Under the pieces are notes generated by a model that worked only from the letters and a program-made list of their open reading frames with translations, made no database searches and was not told the DNA's origin. 64,000 nucleotides of DNA, taken from the IMG/VR virus record IMGVR_UViG_640753038_000002. One strand, written 5' to 3'. The DNA is from a virus. This document shows positions 62,519-64,000 of the stretch, piece by piece (within the stretch, counting starts at the first letter, position 1; each line of letters opens with the position of its first letter). A program made the position numbers and the translations under genes.

Positions 62519-62665
62519 ATGTCCGAAAAAGAAGATTTTATGCGGATTATTCGTGAGCTTGCTTATTCCGCTGCGCGCCGTGACCACGATAAGGTATCGC
62601 GCGAATGCGACGAAGACTTATTGAAGGACGAAGGAACCCATGCGGAAGGCAGCGATATACGCTAG
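62519..62665 (+). CDS. Small ORF overlapping the integrase start, candidate recombination directionality factor
   Basis: MSEKEDFMRIIRELAYSAARRDHD... 48 aa; overlaps the integrase by 26 bp. Confidence 0.4.
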   Translation: MSEKEDFMRIIRELAYSAARRDHDKVSRECDEDLLKDEGTHAEGSDIR

Positions 62666-64000
62666 ATTTTCGACTGAACTACAGTCGCCGCGCTCTATTG
62701 ATGACCAGATAGCGCTTTGCAGCAAATTTGCACAGGCAAACGGATTTCAGGTTGTCGGAACCTACAACGATAAAGCGAAGTCCGGGTCGTCAATGCTTGA
62801 GCGTGACGGCCTTCTTCGTTTGCTCAATGACGCGAAGAACGGGCAGTTCGATGCCGTCATAGTCGAAGCCCTTGATCGCGTTTCGCGCGATCAGGAAGAC
62901 ATGGCCGCAATCTATAAGCGGCTCAAGTTTCTCGGCATCGATATTATCGCAGTCCATGACGGCAAGGCCGACACCATTCAAATCGGTATCCGTGGCCTGA
63001 TCGGCGCGATTTATCTTGAAGACCTAAAGCATAAGGTTCGGCGCGGTATGTCTGGCCGCGTCCGCGACGGCTTATCGGCAGGTGGCAAGGCTTATGGCTA
63101 TAAGCCTGTTCTCGGCAAACCGGGCGAATTGGTCATTGACGAAGAAGAGGCGGTCGTAGTTCGGCGCGTCTTTCGTGAATACGCTGATGGGAAAAACCCG
63201 CGTGAAATCGCATTGGGCTTGAACCGCGACGGCTTCAAGCCGCCGCGCGGTCTTGTTTGGAACCCTTCAACTTTGATCGGATCGAAGAAGCGAACAAATG
63301 GCATTCTTCGAAATCCGCTTTACGGCGGCGTGCTGATTTGGAACCGGGTAACAATGGTCCGCGATCCTGAGACGGGCAAGCGCGTGAGCCGGAATAATCC
63401 CGAAAGTGAATGGCAGCGCAAGAATGTGCCCGAACTTCGGATCGTAGACGAAGAGACAGCGGCGATGGTTGCGGCGCGAGTAGAAGAGCGGACATTTGAA
63501 ACAACGATTGAAAGATCGCCGAAGCGTCCGCGAATGCTGTCTGGTCTTCTCAAATGCGGAAAGTGCGGCGGTGGCATGACGCTTGATGGCTATAATAATG
63601 GAAAGCCGCGCATCCGGTGCGTTAGAACCCGTGAAACCGGCACTTGCGATCACACGCGGAAATATCAGGTCGAAGCTATCGAATTTTCCGTCGTTGAAGC
63701 GATGCGGGAACAACTTTCCGACCCTGATTTGCTCAAGGCTTATATCGATAGCTACATTCAGGAGCGCCGCCGCCTTGCGACGGAAATCAATCGGAACCGT
63801 GCGACAATCGAACGCAATCTTTCGAAGGCTCAAGGCGAACTGGATAGGATGCTAACGCTTTGTATCAAGGGGCTGATGACCGACGAAGAATTCGGCGAAC
63901 GTCGCGGCGCTCTTGACGAAGAAATCGCGCACTTGAAAGCCGACCTTCTTGTCGCGCCTACGGTCGATAACGTCGAACTTCATCCGGCGGCAATCGAAAA
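62640..64000 (+). CDS. Large serine recombinase (integrase), partial; runs off the right edge
   Basis: MRKAAIYARFST..Q...SI.DQ, EALDRVSR, recombinase domain (AYGY, ILRNP.Y.G), LSGLLKCGKCG Zn ribbon, coiled coil. Confidence 0.95.
   Translation, partial: MRKAAIYARFSTELQSPRSIDDQIALCSKFAQANGFQVVGTYNDKAKSGSSMLERDGLLRLLNDAKNGQFDAVIVEALDRVSRDQEDMAAIYKRLKFLGIDIIAVHDGKADTIQIGIRGLIGAIYLEDLKHKVRRGMSGRVRDGLSAGGKAYGYKPVLGKPGELVIDEEEAVVVRRVFREYADGKNPREIALGLNRDGFKPPRGLVWNPSTLIGSKKRTNGILRNPLYGGVLIWNRVTMVRDPETGKRVSRNNPESEWQRKNVPELRIVDEETAAMVAARVEERTFETTIERSPKRPRMLSGLLKCGKCGGGMTLDGYNNGKPRIRCVRTRETGTCDHTRKYQVEAIEFSVVEAMREQLSDPDLLKAYIDSYIQERRRLATEINRNRATIERNLSKAQGELDRMLTLCIKGLMTDEEFGERRGALDEEIAHLKADLLVAPTVDNVELHPAAIE

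Larger units (their letters stand above)
1..64000. mobile_element. Temperate phage/prophage (myovirus: lambda-type head and packaging, P2-type contractile tail, large serine integrase); both ends outside the window
   Basis: Continuous run of tail, baseplate, head, terminase, replication, immunity, recombination and integrase genes; no host housekeeping genes seen. Confidence 0.97.

Noticed and set aside
1-64000. CRISPR array, tRNA or rRNA genes
   Set aside because: No regularly spaced repeat-spacer units and no cloverleaf with canonical T-loop/D-loop recognised by eye; tRNAscan/CRISPR tools were not run

Overview
The whole window is the interior of one temperate phage (prophage), probably from a Rhizobiales/Brucellaceae host. 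The host call rests on an alphaproteobacterial LexA box (GTTC-N7-GTTC), BrnT/BrnA, a GapR-like gene and DUF982/DUF3489-like genes. Both ends lie outside the window: the left edge cuts the late-control D gene, so no lysis genes are seen, and the right edge cuts a large serine recombinase. Layout: (i) 1-30.2 kb, minus strand: P2-type contractile tail and baseplate, lambda-type terminase/portal/gpW, and a protease-major capsid fusion; (ii) 30.7-38.3 kb, plus strand: small accessory and nucleotide-metabolism genes; (iii) 38.3-47.5 kb, minus strand: SRAP, BrnTA, putative late regulator, primase-helicase, SSB, RuvC-like, Cro-like; (iv) 47.6 kb: CI-like repressor; (v) 48.6-64 kb, plus strand: early, recombination and integrase genes. 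Top signal: next to the terminase genes, a C5-cytosine DNA methyltransferase carries Arg instead of the invariant motif-X Asn (GRAVPP). It is paired with a CmoA (carboxy-SAM synthase)-like gene whose stop overlaps the terS start. This predicts DNA carboxymethylation, or a related non-methyl modification, because the CmoA homolog appears altered at key catalytic positions. Other signals: an Acb2/Tad1-like sponge candidate, a TTTCCAAC operator motif shared by distant transcription units, a CI with a degenerate self-cleavage Lys plus a LexA-boxed small gene, and several structured intergenic elements. Family assignments come from remembered motifs; no database search was run.
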